NCBI RefSeq assembly: GCF_900540665.1
Contig: NZ_UQGV01000001.1
Coordinates: forward strand, 4,967 to 68,966
Origin: an uncultured Catenibacterium sp.
Lineage (GTDB): Bacteria > Bacillota_I > Bacilli_A > Erysipelotrichales > Coprobacillaceae
DNA: 64,000 nt
Reading direction: 5' to 3'
In this document: positions 31,222 through 41,326 of the stretch, piece after piece
Layout: each line of letters begins with the position of its first letter
Position numbering within the stretch: the stretch's first letter is position 1
Translations under genes and position numbers: made by a program
Notes under the pieces: generated by a model
The model's database searches: none
Told to the model about the DNA's origin: nothing
What the model saw: the letters and a program-made list of their open reading frames with translations, nothing else

Positions 31222-32046
31222 ATGAAAAATTTATTTTATCGCCTGATGATCTATCTAGATACAGCTAGTGAAACAGATACAAACTATTTTATTGCTTTAT
31301 TTATGGCTAATAATTTCTATCGTATCCCAGATATGCGTATTAGTGAACTTGCAGAAGAGTGCTTTGTATCTCCTGCGACCATTTCACGTTTCTGTCGTGC
31401 TTTAGGGTATGAAAACTTTGCGCATTTAAAACAGGAATGCAATAGTTTTCATTCTAATAATAAGAAATTCAATAATTTGATTAATATTGATTTGGAATGT
31501 ATGGCACATTCACCAGAAAAGGCTACCGAAGAGTTTGCTCAGCAGATTATTGAATCCACATCACAGCTCTCAAAGATACTTGATTGGAAGATACTAGACG
31601 AAGTACTTCATTTAATTCATGATCATGATGAAGTGGCTTTCTTTGGAACGCAGTTCTCGACAAGTGCGGCAATATTACTACAGACGGATTTATTGATGTT
31701 AGAGAAGTTTACTATCGCATATATGGATTCAGAAAGACAGTTAGAATGTGCAAAACAGATGAACGAAGATTCAGTGGCGATTGTGATTTCATTGAATGGT
31801 AACTTTGAACATGTGGGACATAAGGTCTTACAGTATCTTCATAAATCTAAATGTCATATTGTATGGATTACTTCTACTCATGAAGATAATCTAGGTATTC
31901 CTGTGGAATATAAGGTATTAGTCGGTGGTTCTCTTGAAAATAAGACAACAAAGCATGCTTTATTAACTGCAGTACAGTTAATGAGTTTACGTTACTATAG
32001 TTTGTTTTGTCCAGATCTCAAATCAATGAAAAAGAAATTGGTGTAG
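31222..32046 (+). CDS. RpiR/MurR family transcriptional regulator (HTH_6 + SIS)
   Basis: RpiR HTH (ISELAEECFVSPATISRFCRALGYENFAHLKQ) followed by a SIS domain. Confidence 0.8.
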   Translation: MKNLFYRLMIYLDTASETDTNYFIALFMANNFYRIPDMRISELAEECFVSPATISRFCRALGYENFAHLKQECNSFHSNNKKFNNLINIDLECMAHSPEKATEEFAQQIIESTSQLSKILDWKILDEVLHLIHDHDEVAFFGTQFSTSAAILLQTDLLMLEKFTIAYMDSERQLECAKQMNEDSVAIVISLNGNFEHVGHKVLQYLHKSKCHIVWITSTHEDNLGIPVEYKVLVGGSLENKTTKHALLTAVQLMSLRYYSLFCPDLKSMKKKLV

Positions 32047-32054
32047 GTGATTAT

Positions 32055-32897
32055 ATGAGAATAATTAAATCAGAAACAATTACAGAAACAATCAAAGAAT
32101 TATGTATTAAAGGAGCTTGTCATCTTCCTACAGATGTCTATAACCGTTTATTAGAAGCCATCTCTACAGAAGATTCTCCTGTTTCTAAACATACATTAGA
32201 AATATTAAAGGAAAATGCGGATATAGCATCTCAGAACCAGGAACCCATCTGCCAGGATACAGGAATGGCATGCATTTTTGTAGAAATAGGTCAGGAAGTC
32301 TATGTAGAAGGTAACCTTACAGAAGCAATCAATGAAGGGGTCAGACAGGGATATACTGAAGGATATTTAAGAAAGAGTGTGGTGGATGATCCTGTTTTTG
32401 ACCGTATTAATACAAAAGACAATACACCAGCGATTATTCATTATGATATTGTGCCTGGAGATAAGTTAAAGATTACGGTAGCACCTAAAGGATTTGGCAG
32501 TGAAAATATGTGCCAGGTGAAGATGCTTAAACCAAGTGATGGAATTGAGGGTGTAAAGGACTTTATCTTAAAGGTTGTAGAAGATGCAGGTCCTAACCCA
32601 TGTCCTCCTATTGTGATTGGTGTAGGTATTGGTGGTACATTTGATCATGTTACTTATCTTGCAAAGAAGGCAATGATCAAGAAGATAGAAGAACATCATC
32701 CAGATCCTCGTTATCATGCATTAGAAGAAGAAATGTTGGAAAAGGTGAATGCGACTGGTATTGGTCCTGCAGGATTTGGTGGTAAGACAACAGCGCTTGC
32801 CTTACATGTGGAAACTTGTCCTACTCATATTGCAGGTTTACCTTGTGCTGTGGCTATCTGCTGTCATGTATCACGTCATCAGGAGGTTACATTATGA
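32055..32897 (+). CDS. Fe-S hydro-lyase alpha subunit, tartrate/fumarate subfamily (class I fumarase / L(+)-tartrate dehydratase alpha)
   Basis: 280 aa with the cluster-ligand motif (PICQDTGMA) and the other Cys ligands. RBS aggtga precedes the ATG at 32055. Confidence 0.8.
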   Translation: MRIIKSETITETIKELCIKGACHLPTDVYNRLLEAISTEDSPVSKHTLEILKENADIASQNQEPICQDTGMACIFVEIGQEVYVEGNLTEAINEGVRQGYTEGYLRKSVVDDPVFDRINTKDNTPAIIHYDIVPGDKLKITVAPKGFGSENMCQVKMLKPSDGIEGVKDFILKVVEDAGPNPCPPIVIGVGIGGTFDHVTYLAKKAMIKKIEEHHPDPRYHALEEEMLEKVNATGIGPAGFGGKTTALALHVETCPTHIAGLPCAVAICCHVSRHQEVTL

Positions 32898-33448
32898 TAA
32901 AGTTAGAAACACCTCTTACTATTGAAAAGGTTGAATCACTTCATGCAGGTGATCAGGTATTATTAAGCGGTACTATTTATACAGGACGTGATGCAGCACA
33001 TAAACGTTTTGTAGAAGCATTAAAAAACAATGAAACACTTCCTTTTGATCCTTATGATCAGGTGATTTATTTTGTGGGTCCTACACCTACAAAGCCAGGT
33101 CATGTTATTGGCAGCTGCGGACCTACAACATCTTATCGTATGGATGCTTATTCTCCTACAATGTTAGCACAGGGATTAAGAGGTATGATTGGTAAAGGAA
33201 GAAGAAATAACGACGTAAAAGAAGCAATGAAAAAATACAAAGGTGTTTATTTTGGTGCTATTGGTGGTGCAGGAGCGATTATAGCTTCTTGTATTAAATC
33301 ATGTGAAGTGATTGCCTATGAAGACCTTGGTCCTGAAGCGGTACGTCGTCTAGTTGTAGAAGATCTACCACTTACTGTTGTAATTGATAGTGAAGGACAT
33401 GATCTCTATGAAATAGGCCGTCAGGATTATTTGGAAGGAAAGGAATAG
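32894..33448 (+). CDS. Fe-S hydro-lyase beta subunit, tartrate/fumarate subfamily
   Basis: 184 aa, overlapping the alpha stop with an ATGA junction. RBS ggagg. Homologous to the C-terminal domain of class I fumarase / TtdB. Confidence 0.8.
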   Translation: MIKLETPLTIEKVESLHAGDQVLLSGTIYTGRDAAHKRFVEALKNNETLPFDPYDQVIYFVGPTPTKPGHVIGSCGPTTSYRMDAYSPTMLAQGLRGMIGKGRRNNDVKEAMKKYKGVYFGAIGGAGAIIASCIKSCEVIAYEDLGPEAVRRLVVEDLPLTVVIDSEGHDLYEIGRQDYLEGKE

Positions 33449-33450
33449 TT

Positions 33451-34290
33451 ATGGATCAGCCATTTAGAGATTATAATGAGACGGATATTCTATATCTTCT
33501 CATGACATATGTAAATTTTTCATCTGGACAGGATATGTATTACAGTATTGCGAAAACAATACTTACACATCTTGAACAGATTCCTAGTATTTCAATTAAT
33601 GATCTTGCAGAGCTTTGTTATACATCTCCAGCAACAATCTCAAGATTCTGCAAGGATTTAAACTGTCGTAACTTTGCAACATTCAAAAAAGAAATGGCGA
33701 TTGCTTTAGAAATAGCACATGATGAAATTCATTTCTCTTTTGATGACGATTTTAAGATTAAAAAGAATCCTCAATATCTTGTAGATAAAGTTTATGATGA
33801 TACAAAGAAATCATTGGAATTAGGACAGCAGCAGTTAGATATCAAAGATGTTGATAAAATCTGCGAACTTATTCATGATGCTCCTCAGGTATTTATGATT
33901 GGTTATCAGTTCTCACGTATTGCCTGTCAGGATTTTCAGTTAAAGATGTTGAAACTTGAAAAGTTCCTCTATGCTTTTGCGAATAGAGGAGATGAAGTTC
34001 AAAGACTTGATTTGATTGAAGAAAATGATCTGGTTATTATTGTGACAGTACGTGCAAGAAGAGAATTGATTGATTCATTGATTACACGTGTTAAGAAACA
34101 GAAGGCTCGTATTTTGATTGTGACTATGAATAAGGATTATACAAATCCTGAAGTAGATTACTATTACCATTTAAATGGTGAAGAAAGTGATTATACACAG
34201 TCTTCTATTTCTGGCTTTATTGATACAGTTTCATTCTTAAATGTTGTATATTTGCGTTATGGTTTACTCTATAATCAATATTTGTTATAA
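33451..34290 (+). CDS. RpiR/MurR family transcriptional regulator (second paralog)
   Basis: HTH (INDLAELCYTSPATISRFCKDLNCRNFATFKKE) followed by a SIS domain. Confidence 0.8.
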   Translation: MDQPFRDYNETDILYLLMTYVNFSSGQDMYYSIAKTILTHLEQIPSISINDLAELCYTSPATISRFCKDLNCRNFATFKKEMAIALEIAHDEIHFSFDDDFKIKKNPQYLVDKVYDDTKKSLELGQQQLDIKDVDKICELIHDAPQVFMIGYQFSRIACQDFQLKMLKLEKFLYAFANRGDEVQRLDLIEENDLVIIVTVRARRELIDSLITRVKKQKARILIVTMNKDYTNPEVDYYYHLNGEESDYTQSSISGFIDTVSFLNVVYLRYGLLYNQYLL

Positions 34291-34355
34291 CTATATACGT
34301 AGTACAAACAAAATGGTATAATGGAACAAGTTGAAAAGAAAGGAAGTATCTATTC

Positions 34356-34631
34356 ATGAAGAAAAATGAATTAGTAGAAAAAGTTGCTGAAGGTGCATCT
34401 TTAACTAAAGCTGATGCAGAACGTGCTATTAATGCTTTAGTTGATGCAGTATCTGGAGCTCTTGTTGAAGGTGATAAAGTTGCTTTAAAAGGTCTTGGAA
34501 CTTTTGAAGTAAGAGAAAGAAAAGCGAGAACAGGTATTAATCCTAGAACTCGTGAAACTATCGAAATCCCAGCAAGTAAAGTTCCTGCTTTTAAAGCAAG
34601 CTCTACACTTAAGGATGCAGTGAATAAATAA
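34356..34631 (+). CDS. hup: DNA-binding protein HU
   Basis: 91 aa with the classic HU sequence (…GFGTFEVRERKARTGINPRT…). Confidence 0.95.
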   Translation: MKKNELVEKVAEGASLTKADAERAINALVDAVSGALVEGDKVALKGLGTFEVRERKARTGINPRTRETIEIPASKVPAFKASSTLKDAVNK

Positions 34632-34637
34632 TATTAA

Positions 34638-34665
34638 AAAAGTGCTTCGGCACTTTTTTATTTTA
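34638..34665 (+). terminator. intrinsic terminator
   Basis: Stem aaaaagtgc, loop ttcg, stem gcacttttt. Confidence 0.8.
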
Positions 34666-34704
34666 ATTATTTAGTTTAGAATTAAATAAAAGGGAGTGGT
34701 GAGG

Positions 34705-35229
34705 ATGATTACAATACTCTATACATCAAAGCATGGAGCAACAGCTAAAATAGCACGTGTTATTAATACATATCTTGATCATACATGCACGTTGATGAAC
34801 CTAGATGAATTAGATATGGCTGTCTTGGAGAAGACAGATACGATTGTTTTAGGTATTCCTGTGTATTATGGGGCACTTGATCCAAAGATGGTGGATTTTA
34901 TCAAGAAGAATCAGGGATTACTTATTAAGAAGCATTATTCTATTTACATTACAGCTCTTTTCCATGCTGAATTCATGAGTTATATTACTAAAGAGTTTGA
35001 TTATTCTATATTAAAGAATGTAACGACAATGGCAGGACTTGGCGGTGCAATCTATTATCCTGATTTAAGTATTCAGGAGAAGATGGTTCTTGCAGTCATG
35101 AATAAGAATCGTCCAGTCATTCCAAAAGAACATCATATCAATATCTTTGAGAACTTCGATAATCATGAAATAGAATTATTCTCACAGAAGATCAAAAGAA
35201 TTGAAGATTATGCAACAAAGGCAAGATAA
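34705..35229 (+). CDS. flavodoxin-like domain protein
   Basis: N-terminus ITILYTSKHGATAKIA is a flavodoxin-like FMN-binding start (HemG-like family). RBS agggag lies 8 nt before the ATG. Confidence 0.6.
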   Translation: MITILYTSKHGATAKIARVINTYLDHTCTLMNLDELDMAVLEKTDTIVLGIPVYYGALDPKMVDFIKKNQGLLIKKHYSIYITALFHAEFMSYITKEFDYSILKNVTTMAGLGGAIYYPDLSIQEKMVLAVMNKNRPVIPKEHHINIFENFDNHEIELFSQKIKRIEDYATKAR

Positions 35230-35230
35230 A

Positions 35231-35260
35231 AAGGAGAAGCGACCTGCTTCTCCTTTAAAA
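35231..35260. terminator. bidirectional terminator
   Basis: Stem aggagaagc, loop gacct, stem gcttctcct, between convergent genes. Confidence 0.7.
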
Positions 35261-35827
35261 TTAATCAACAATAATTGTACCTTCTTTAGGTCCACCAGCA
35301 GCATTTGATTCATCTGTATCAATATGCATGAAAGTAGCATATGTATCTTTAACACGGCACATAACATCACCAAAGATTAAAGAACGACCATTTGTTTCAA
35401 CTTCTACTTTTACAATCTGGCGGTCCTTAATACCCATTGCTTCAGCATCTTCTGGAGAGAAATGGATATGACGTTTTGCAGCAATAACGCCTTCAGTTAA
35501 TTCAACTTCACCTTTAGGGCCAACTAATTTACAAGCTCCACTACCAGCAAGGTCTCCAGATCCTCTAACAGGTGCTTCTAAACCTAATGCTCTTGCATCA
35601 GTAAGAGCTAATTCAATCTGAGTATGGTCTCTAACAGGTCCAAGAACAGACATAGCTTTTTCGCCTCTAGATCCTACAACCTTTACCTTTTCAGCACATG
35701 CAAACTGACCTGGCTGAGAAAGATCCTTTTTCTTTGTTAGTTCATAACCTTCACCAAATAATGTTTCTAAATCAGCCTGACTTAAGTGAATGTGTCTAGC
35801 TGAAGTTTCAATAATAATTTTGTTACT
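35261..35827 (-). CDS. pduL: phosphate propanoyl/acetyl-transferase, PduL family
   Basis: 188 aa with the PduL duplicated motif (ISARHIHLSQADLETLFG ... AAKRHIHFSPEDAEAMG). RBS aggagg. No BMC shell genes are nearby. Confidence 0.8.
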   Translation of the reverse strand, partial: SNKIIIETSARHIHLSQADLETLFGEGYELTKKKDLSQPGQFACAEKVKVVGSRGEKAMSVLGPVRDHTQIELALTDARALGLEAPVRGSGDLAGSGACKLVGPKGEVELTEGVIAAKRHIHFSPEDAEAMGIKDRQIVKVEVETNGRSLIFGDVMCRVKDTYATFMHIDTDESNAAGGPKEGTIIVD

Positions 35828-35974
35828 CATAATCTGCCTCCTAGTCACGTATTGTACACCCTTTTATGTGTTTTGAAAAGGCTTACTTTACAAATATCTA
35901 TAAGTGTAACCTGTCAATGTTTATTTCCATTGATTCTTAAAACTGCTATAATATTTGTAAGTGAGGTTGATGTT

Positions 35975-36775
35975 ATGATAAATGTTATTACGTCGGAATT
36001 ACCAATAATATGGAAGTTTGTAAAATCAGCTATTGATTTATTGGCAGTATGGGTTTTATTATATTATGGTATCATGATGTTCAAGACAAACATGCGTACT
36101 ATGCAGTTATTTAAAGGGGTTATTGTTGTCCTTCTTGTTAAGGCCACTACAAGTGTACTAGGTTTAGTTACTCTTGGTACAATTGTTGATGCAGTGATCA
36201 CATGGGGAGTATTGGCTATTGTTGTTATCTTCCAGCCAGAAATACGAGTTTTATTAGAGAAGATGGGACAGACTAAAAATGAAGTACAGCATCGCTTATC
36301 TGATGATGAAAGAGAACGTGCAATGGATGAACTTGTTGAATCTATTACAACAATGTCTAAGGATAAGACAGGTGCACTTATTACTTTTGAACGTCGTCAG
36401 TCTTTACAGGATTTTATTAATACTGGTGTGAAGGTATCTGCATCTATTAAAGCAGAACTTTTAACAACTATCTTTTATGAAGGAACACCTCTTCATGATG
36501 GCGCAACTATTATAAAGAATGATATGATTGTTGCTTCTGCCTGCTTTTATCCTCCTACAAATAAGGAAATTCCTTCACAGTATGGAGCAAGACATAGAGC
36601 GGCAATTGGTATTAGCGAAATCACAGATTCTTTGACAGTGGTTGTATCTGAAGAAACAGGAAATGTCAGTTTTGCAGCGAATGGAGAATTGACAAGAATC
36701 AATTTGAATGAGCTTCGCTCTAAATTAATTGCTGAATTGAACTGGTATGGAGAAGGTGGTGAATCCCATGACTGA
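35975..36775 (+). CDS. cdaA: diadenylate cyclase CdaA (DacA)
   Basis: N-terminal TM helices plus a DAC domain (TGALITFERRQ...DGATII..., YGARHRAA). An extended -10 tgcTATAAT lies at 35944-35952. Confidence 0.9.
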   Translation: MINVITSELPIIWKFVKSAIDLLAVWVLLYYGIMMFKTNMRTMQLFKGVIVVLLVKATTSVLGLVTLGTIVDAVITWGVLAIVVIFQPEIRVLLEKMGQTKNEVQHRLSDDERERAMDELVESITTMSKDKTGALITFERRQSLQDFINTGVKVSASIKAELLTTIFYEGTPLHDGATIIKNDMIVASACFYPPTNKEIPSQYGARHRAAIGISEITDSLTVVVSEETGNVSFAANGELTRINLNELRSKLIAELNWYGEGGESHD

Positions 36776-37877
36776 TCCTAAGAAAAAGAAACAAACGGAT
36801 TCTACAACGGATTTCTTCTTACAGTTTGTAAAGGAAGAAAAATCTGAAAAAGAGAAGACAGAAGCTAAAAAAGAAGAAAGAGAACAGACCTATACAAAAA
36901 CAGTAGAAAAGGTTTCTACAGGCTATAACTACTTTAATAAGCTGTTAGATAAGCTTCTTGAGAATAAGCATTCTGTGCGTATTCTTTCATTTGTGCTTGC
37001 TTTATTCTTATTTGTTTCATTCTCTGGTGGGGATGTAATGAATTCTACAACGGCTGGGGCAACTCTTAAGAAGGTGCCAGTACAGGTAGAAGGATTAAAG
37101 GATGGCTATGATGTATCAGGAATACCTCCAACTGTAGAAATAGGTTTGATTGGTCCTTCTATGGATATCTATACAACTAAGCTAACAAGTAATTATGAGG
37201 TTTATTGTGATTTATCTGAATATAATGAAGGAACACATCATGTTACATTAAAGACAAGAAATTTTGATAGTGATTTGACTGTGATGCTTATTCCTGAAAC
37301 AGTGACAATTAAGATTCTGCCTAAGGTGGATGCAAAGTTCGATTTAGGCTATAAGTTTATTAATCAAGATAAATTAAATGAAAAATATAGTGTTTCAGTC
37401 GATTCAATATCTACAAAACGTGTTACAATAACAGCGACACAGAATAATCTTGATAAGATTGATAAGGTCCAGGCGCTTATTGATGTGGAGGATAAGACAA
37501 AGGCATTTGAACAGGCATGTGAAATTAAAGCTTTTGATGCAGATGGAAATGAAGTACAATGTACAATCGCACCAGAAAAGGTGAATGTCAGCTGTCATGT
37601 TGACTCTTATTCTAAAGAAGTGCCAGTTAAACCAGAATTTGTTGGGCAGTTGCAGGAAGGCTATCAGATGACAAATTATAAGTTATCTAGTTCTACTGTA
37701 ACAATCTATGGTAAACGTACTGATATTAGTGATATTAACTATATTACATGTCAGGTCGATATTTCTAATTTATCAGGATCAACAACTTTATCTGGTATCG
37801 CATTACAGGGGAATGACAAAATCAATAAGATATCACAGAATACTATTGATGTGACTATGTTTATTGAGAAAAAATAG
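36768..37877 (+). CDS. cdaR: CdaA regulatory protein CdaR (YbbR-like domains)
   Basis: N-terminal TM segment followed by repeated YbbR-like domains. It overlaps the cdaA 3' end and follows the conserved cdaA-cdaR-glmM gene order. Confidence 0.8.
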   Translation: MTDPKKKKQTDSTTDFFLQFVKEEKSEKEKTEAKKEEREQTYTKTVEKVSTGYNYFNKLLDKLLENKHSVRILSFVLALFLFVSFSGGDVMNSTTAGATLKKVPVQVEGLKDGYDVSGIPPTVEIGLIGPSMDIYTTKLTSNYEVYCDLSEYNEGTHHVTLKTRNFDSDLTVMLIPETVTIKILPKVDAKFDLGYKFINQDKLNEKYSVSVDSISTKRVTITATQNNLDKIDKVQALIDVEDKTKAFEQACEIKAFDADGNEVQCTIAPEKVNVSCHVDSYSKEVPVKPEFVGQLQEGYQMTNYKLSSSTVTIYGKRTDISDINYITCQVDISNLSGSTTLSGIALQGNDKINKISQNTIDVTMFIEKK

Positions 37878-37892
37878 AGAGGAAAAGTAAAG

Positions 37893-39239
37893 ATGGGTAA
37901 ATATTTTGGAACAGATGGTTTTAGAGGAGAAGCAAACAAGGATTTAACAGTAGAACATGCTTTTAAAGTAGGTCGTTATTTAGGCTGGTACTATAACCGT
38001 CATCATAAAGCAAGAATCGTTATTGGGAAGGATACAAGACGTTCAAGTTATATGTTTGAATATGCACTTGTAGCTGGTTTAACTGCAAGTGGTGCAGATG
38101 CATATCTTCTTCATGTAACTACAACACCTTCAGTATCTTATATTGTAAGAACTGATGGATTTGATTGTGGTATCATGATTTCTGCATCACATAACCCTTA
38201 TTATGATAATGGTATTAAGCTTATTAATGATAAAGGTCAGAAGTTTGATGCAGATGTTGAAAAGCAGATTGAAATGTATATTGATGGTTTGACTGAAGAA
38301 CTTCCATATGCAACTAAGGATGATATCGGTCGTGCTTTTGATTACTCTATGGGTAGAAACAGATATATCGGTTACTTAATGAGTATTCCTAAGAGAGCAT
38401 TTAGAAATGTACGTGTTGGTTTAGATTGTGCTAATGGTGCGTCTTCAAATATCGCAAAGGCAGTATTTGATGCATTAGGTGCAGAAACATATGTTATCAA
38501 TGATCATCCTGATGGAGTGAATATCAATACTGACTGTGGTTCTACACATATGGGTGCATTACAGAACTTTGTCCGTGAAAAAGGTTTAGATATCGGTTTT
38601 GCATTTGATGGTGATGCAGACAGATGTTTAGCTGTAGATGAATTTGGTAGAGTTGTTGATGGTGACTTGATTCTTTATGTATGTGGTCAGGAGTTAAAGA
38701 ATAACAATGAACTCGCTAACAATACAATCGTTACTACAATTATGAGTAATATTGGTCTTTATAAGGCTTTAGATAAGATTGGTATTGGTTATGCAAAGAC
38801 TGCTGTTGGTGATAAATATGTTTATGAAAACATGGTGACTAATGGCAACGTTATTGGTGGAGAACAGTCTGGTCATATTATTTTCTCTAAGCATGCAACT
38901 ACAGGTGATGGTATCTTAACATCATTAAAGATTCTAGAAACATGTATTGAAAATAAGAAGACTTTAGCTCAGTTAACAGAACCAGTTACTATTTATCCAC
39001 AGCTATTAATCAATGTACGTGTAAAAGATAAAGCTGAAGTATTAAATGATGAAGATATCAAGAAAGCAATTGAAGAAGTGACAGAAACATTAGGAGATGA
39101 TGGTCGTATTCTAGTAAGAGAATCTGGTACAGAACCATTAATTCGTGTCATGGTTGAAGCACAGACAGATGAAATCTGTCATGAAAATGTGCTTAAGGTA
39201 GTAAATCTTATTAAAGAAAAAGGCTATGCCGTTAAATAA
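37893..39239 (+). CDS. glmM: phosphoglucosamine mutase
   Basis: 448 aa with the active-site motif SASHNPYYDNGIK and the MGKYFGTDGFRG N-terminus. Confidence 0.95.
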   Translation: MGKYFGTDGFRGEANKDLTVEHAFKVGRYLGWYYNRHHKARIVIGKDTRRSSYMFEYALVAGLTASGADAYLLHVTTTPSVSYIVRTDGFDCGIMISASHNPYYDNGIKLINDKGQKFDADVEKQIEMYIDGLTEELPYATKDDIGRAFDYSMGRNRYIGYLMSIPKRAFRNVRVGLDCANGASSNIAKAVFDALGAETYVINDHPDGVNINTDCGSTHMGALQNFVREKGLDIGFAFDGDADRCLAVDEFGRVVDGDLILYVCGQELKNNNELANNTIVTTIMSNIGLYKALDKIGIGYAKTAVGDKYVYENMVTNGNVIGGEQSGHIIFSKHATTGDGILTSLKILETCIENKKTLAQLTEPVTIYPQLLINVRVKDKAEVLNDEDIKKAIEEVTETLGDDGRILVRESGTEPLIRVMVEAQTDEICHENVLKVVNLIKEKGYAVK

Positions 39240-39315
39240 TCACATAATCTAACAAAATATTGCCACTTTGCTGGCAATATTTTCACTATAATGGTAAATA
39301 TGGGAGGTGAGTCTC

Positions 39316-39969
39316 TTGAAATACAAAATTAACATCATTGATGATGAAAAACAATTGAATGATCTAGTAAGAACTTATTTAGAAAAAGAAGGATATGAAT
39401 GTACTTCTTTCTATACATATGATGAAGCCTTAATGCATTGTGATGATGATGTTCATTTATGGCTTGTTGATATCATGCTTGATAAGAATAGTGGTTTTGA
39501 CTTATTAACTGCTATTAAATCAGCACGTCCTGATATGCCTATTGTCTTCATGTCTGCAAGAGATCAGGAATTTGATCGTATTATAGGTTTAGAAAAGGGC
39601 TGTGATGAATATATCACAAAACCATTTAATATGAAGGAAGTGATTCTTCGTATTCATAATGTCTTAAAGCGTGTTTATAAGGATACTGAAATGATTGATA
39701 TCGATGGTTATATGATTGATGAATCAAAGCGTAAAGTATTAGAGAATGGTCATGAAATTGATTTAACAACTAAAGAATATGAACTACTTCTCTATTTCAT
39801 GAAGAATAAAGGTATTGCGATTTCTCGTGAACAGGTCTTAACACGTGTCTGGGATGAAAACTATTTTGGTAGTGACCGTGTCGTAGATGATACATTAAGA
39901 CGTTTAAGAAAGAAGATGCCAAATATCAATATCAAGACAATTTATGGTTTTGGCTATAGATTAGACTAA
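39316..39969 (+). CDS. OmpR-family response regulator
   Basis: Receiver domain (IIDDE...D at the phospho-acceptor position) plus a winged-helix output domain. A probable TTG start at 39316 follows RBS gggaggtga. Confidence 0.8.
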   Translation: MKYKINIIDDEKQLNDLVRTYLEKEGYECTSFYTYDEALMHCDDDVHLWLVDIMLDKNSGFDLLTAIKSARPDMPIVFMSARDQEFDRIIGLEKGCDEYITKPFNMKEVILRIHNVLKRVYKDTEMIDIDGYMIDESKRKVLENGHEIDLTTKEYELLLYFMKNKGIAISREQVLTRVWDENYFGSDRVVDDTLRRLRKKMPNINIKTIYGFGYRLD

Positions 39970-41282
39970 TGTTTAAATCCCTTTCTTTATTGAAACAGCT
40001 TCTTGTGGTTATTCTAGGTTTAGCTATTATGCTTGTGGCTGTTGTTATGCCGGTTGTGGATTCTAATGTTCATGATATTATCGATGACCAGATGTATGAA
40101 AAGCTAGAAACATCACAAAGAGATACTGTAGAATATGATTTCATGCCTTCTAATAATAAAGAGAAGCCTATTTATACAATTGTCTATGATCCAGTAGAAA
40201 ATGCCTTCACATTTAGTAACCTGCATGGTGATGCCACTACATTGACATTACTTTATAATTACTTATTTGGACGTGATTTAGAGAAGATAGTTAACAGTAG
40301 AAGACACTATACGATAGAAAATAAAGGGACTTATGCAAGAGAAACCTATTATTATCGTATTATGAAGGTTGATGATGAGTATTTGATTTCTATTATGTCT
40401 AACTCTTATTCAGATAAGCTGATTAGGGATATTCGTAATCGTATTATTTATATTCTTTATGCAGTACTCACAATCTTTGCGTTAGTTCTTGTTTTATGGG
40501 TTATCTCTTTGATTCGTCCTTTAAAGAAAATTAAAACCTATGTAGATTCTATTGCGAATCGTGAGGATAGCACCCTTGTCATGGATAGACAGGATGAAAT
40601 AGGGGTTGTTGGTAATGCGATTGTGACAATGAAGGATGAACTCATGAAGCAGGAAAAGGTCAAAGAAGAAATGATTCATAACATTTCTCATGACTTAAAA
40701 ACACCTATTGCACTTATTAAGACCTATGGACAAAGTGTGAAAGATGATATCTACCCATATGGTGATAAAGAAAGTTCTATGGATGTTATTTTAGAAAATG
40801 CGGACCGCTTAGAACATAAAGTTAAATCATTACTCTATTTAAATAGACTAGACTACTTGAGTGCAGAAGAAAGTGAATTAAAACCTTTCCCAATCAAAGA
40901 TTTAATTGAACATATTGTTATGCAGATGGAAGCAATGCAGCACATACATATAGAAACAGATCTAGATGATGTAGCCTTTATCGGTAATGAAGAGCATTGG
41001 CGTGTTGCGATAGAGAATATTATTGATAATGCGTCACGTTATATGAAGTCTGTGATTATGATTACATTAAAGAAAGATACACTTATTATCTATAATGATG
41101 GGGATCCTATTGATGAAGATAAGAAAGAGGATCTTTTCAACCCTTATGTTAAAGGGGTGAAAGGACAGTTTGGTTTAGGTCTTTCTATTGTCGCAAAAAT
41201 TGCAGATATGTATGGCTATGATATTCATGCTGAAAATAAAGATCCAGGCGTTGCATTTATATTTACGAAAAGAGCTTCCTAG
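39969..41282 (+). CDS. sensor histidine kinase
   Basis: Two TM helices, an H-box (HNISHDLKTPIA) and a HATPase_c domain (N, G1, G2 boxes). Confidence 0.85.
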   Translation: MFKSLSLLKQLLVVILGLAIMLVAVVMPVVDSNVHDIIDDQMYEKLETSQRDTVEYDFMPSNNKEKPIYTIVYDPVENAFTFSNLHGDATTLTLLYNYLFGRDLEKIVNSRRHYTIENKGTYARETYYYRIMKVDDEYLISIMSNSYSDKLIRDIRNRIIYILYAVLTIFALVLVLWVISLIRPLKKIKTYVDSIANREDSTLVMDRQDEIGVVGNAIVTMKDELMKQEKVKEEMIHNISHDLKTPIALIKTYGQSVKDDIYPYGDKESSMDVILENADRLEHKVKSLLYLNRLDYLSAEESELKPFPIKDLIEHIVMQMEAMQHIHIETDLDDVAFIGNEEHWRVAIENIIDNASRYMKSVIMITLKKDTLIIYNDGDPIDEDKKEDLFNPYVKGVKGQFGLGLSIVAKIADMYGYDIHAENKDPGVAFIFTKRAS

Positions 41283-41326
41283 TTAGGAAGCTTTTTGTGT
41301 TAGAATAGAATAAAGGAGTTGAGAAT

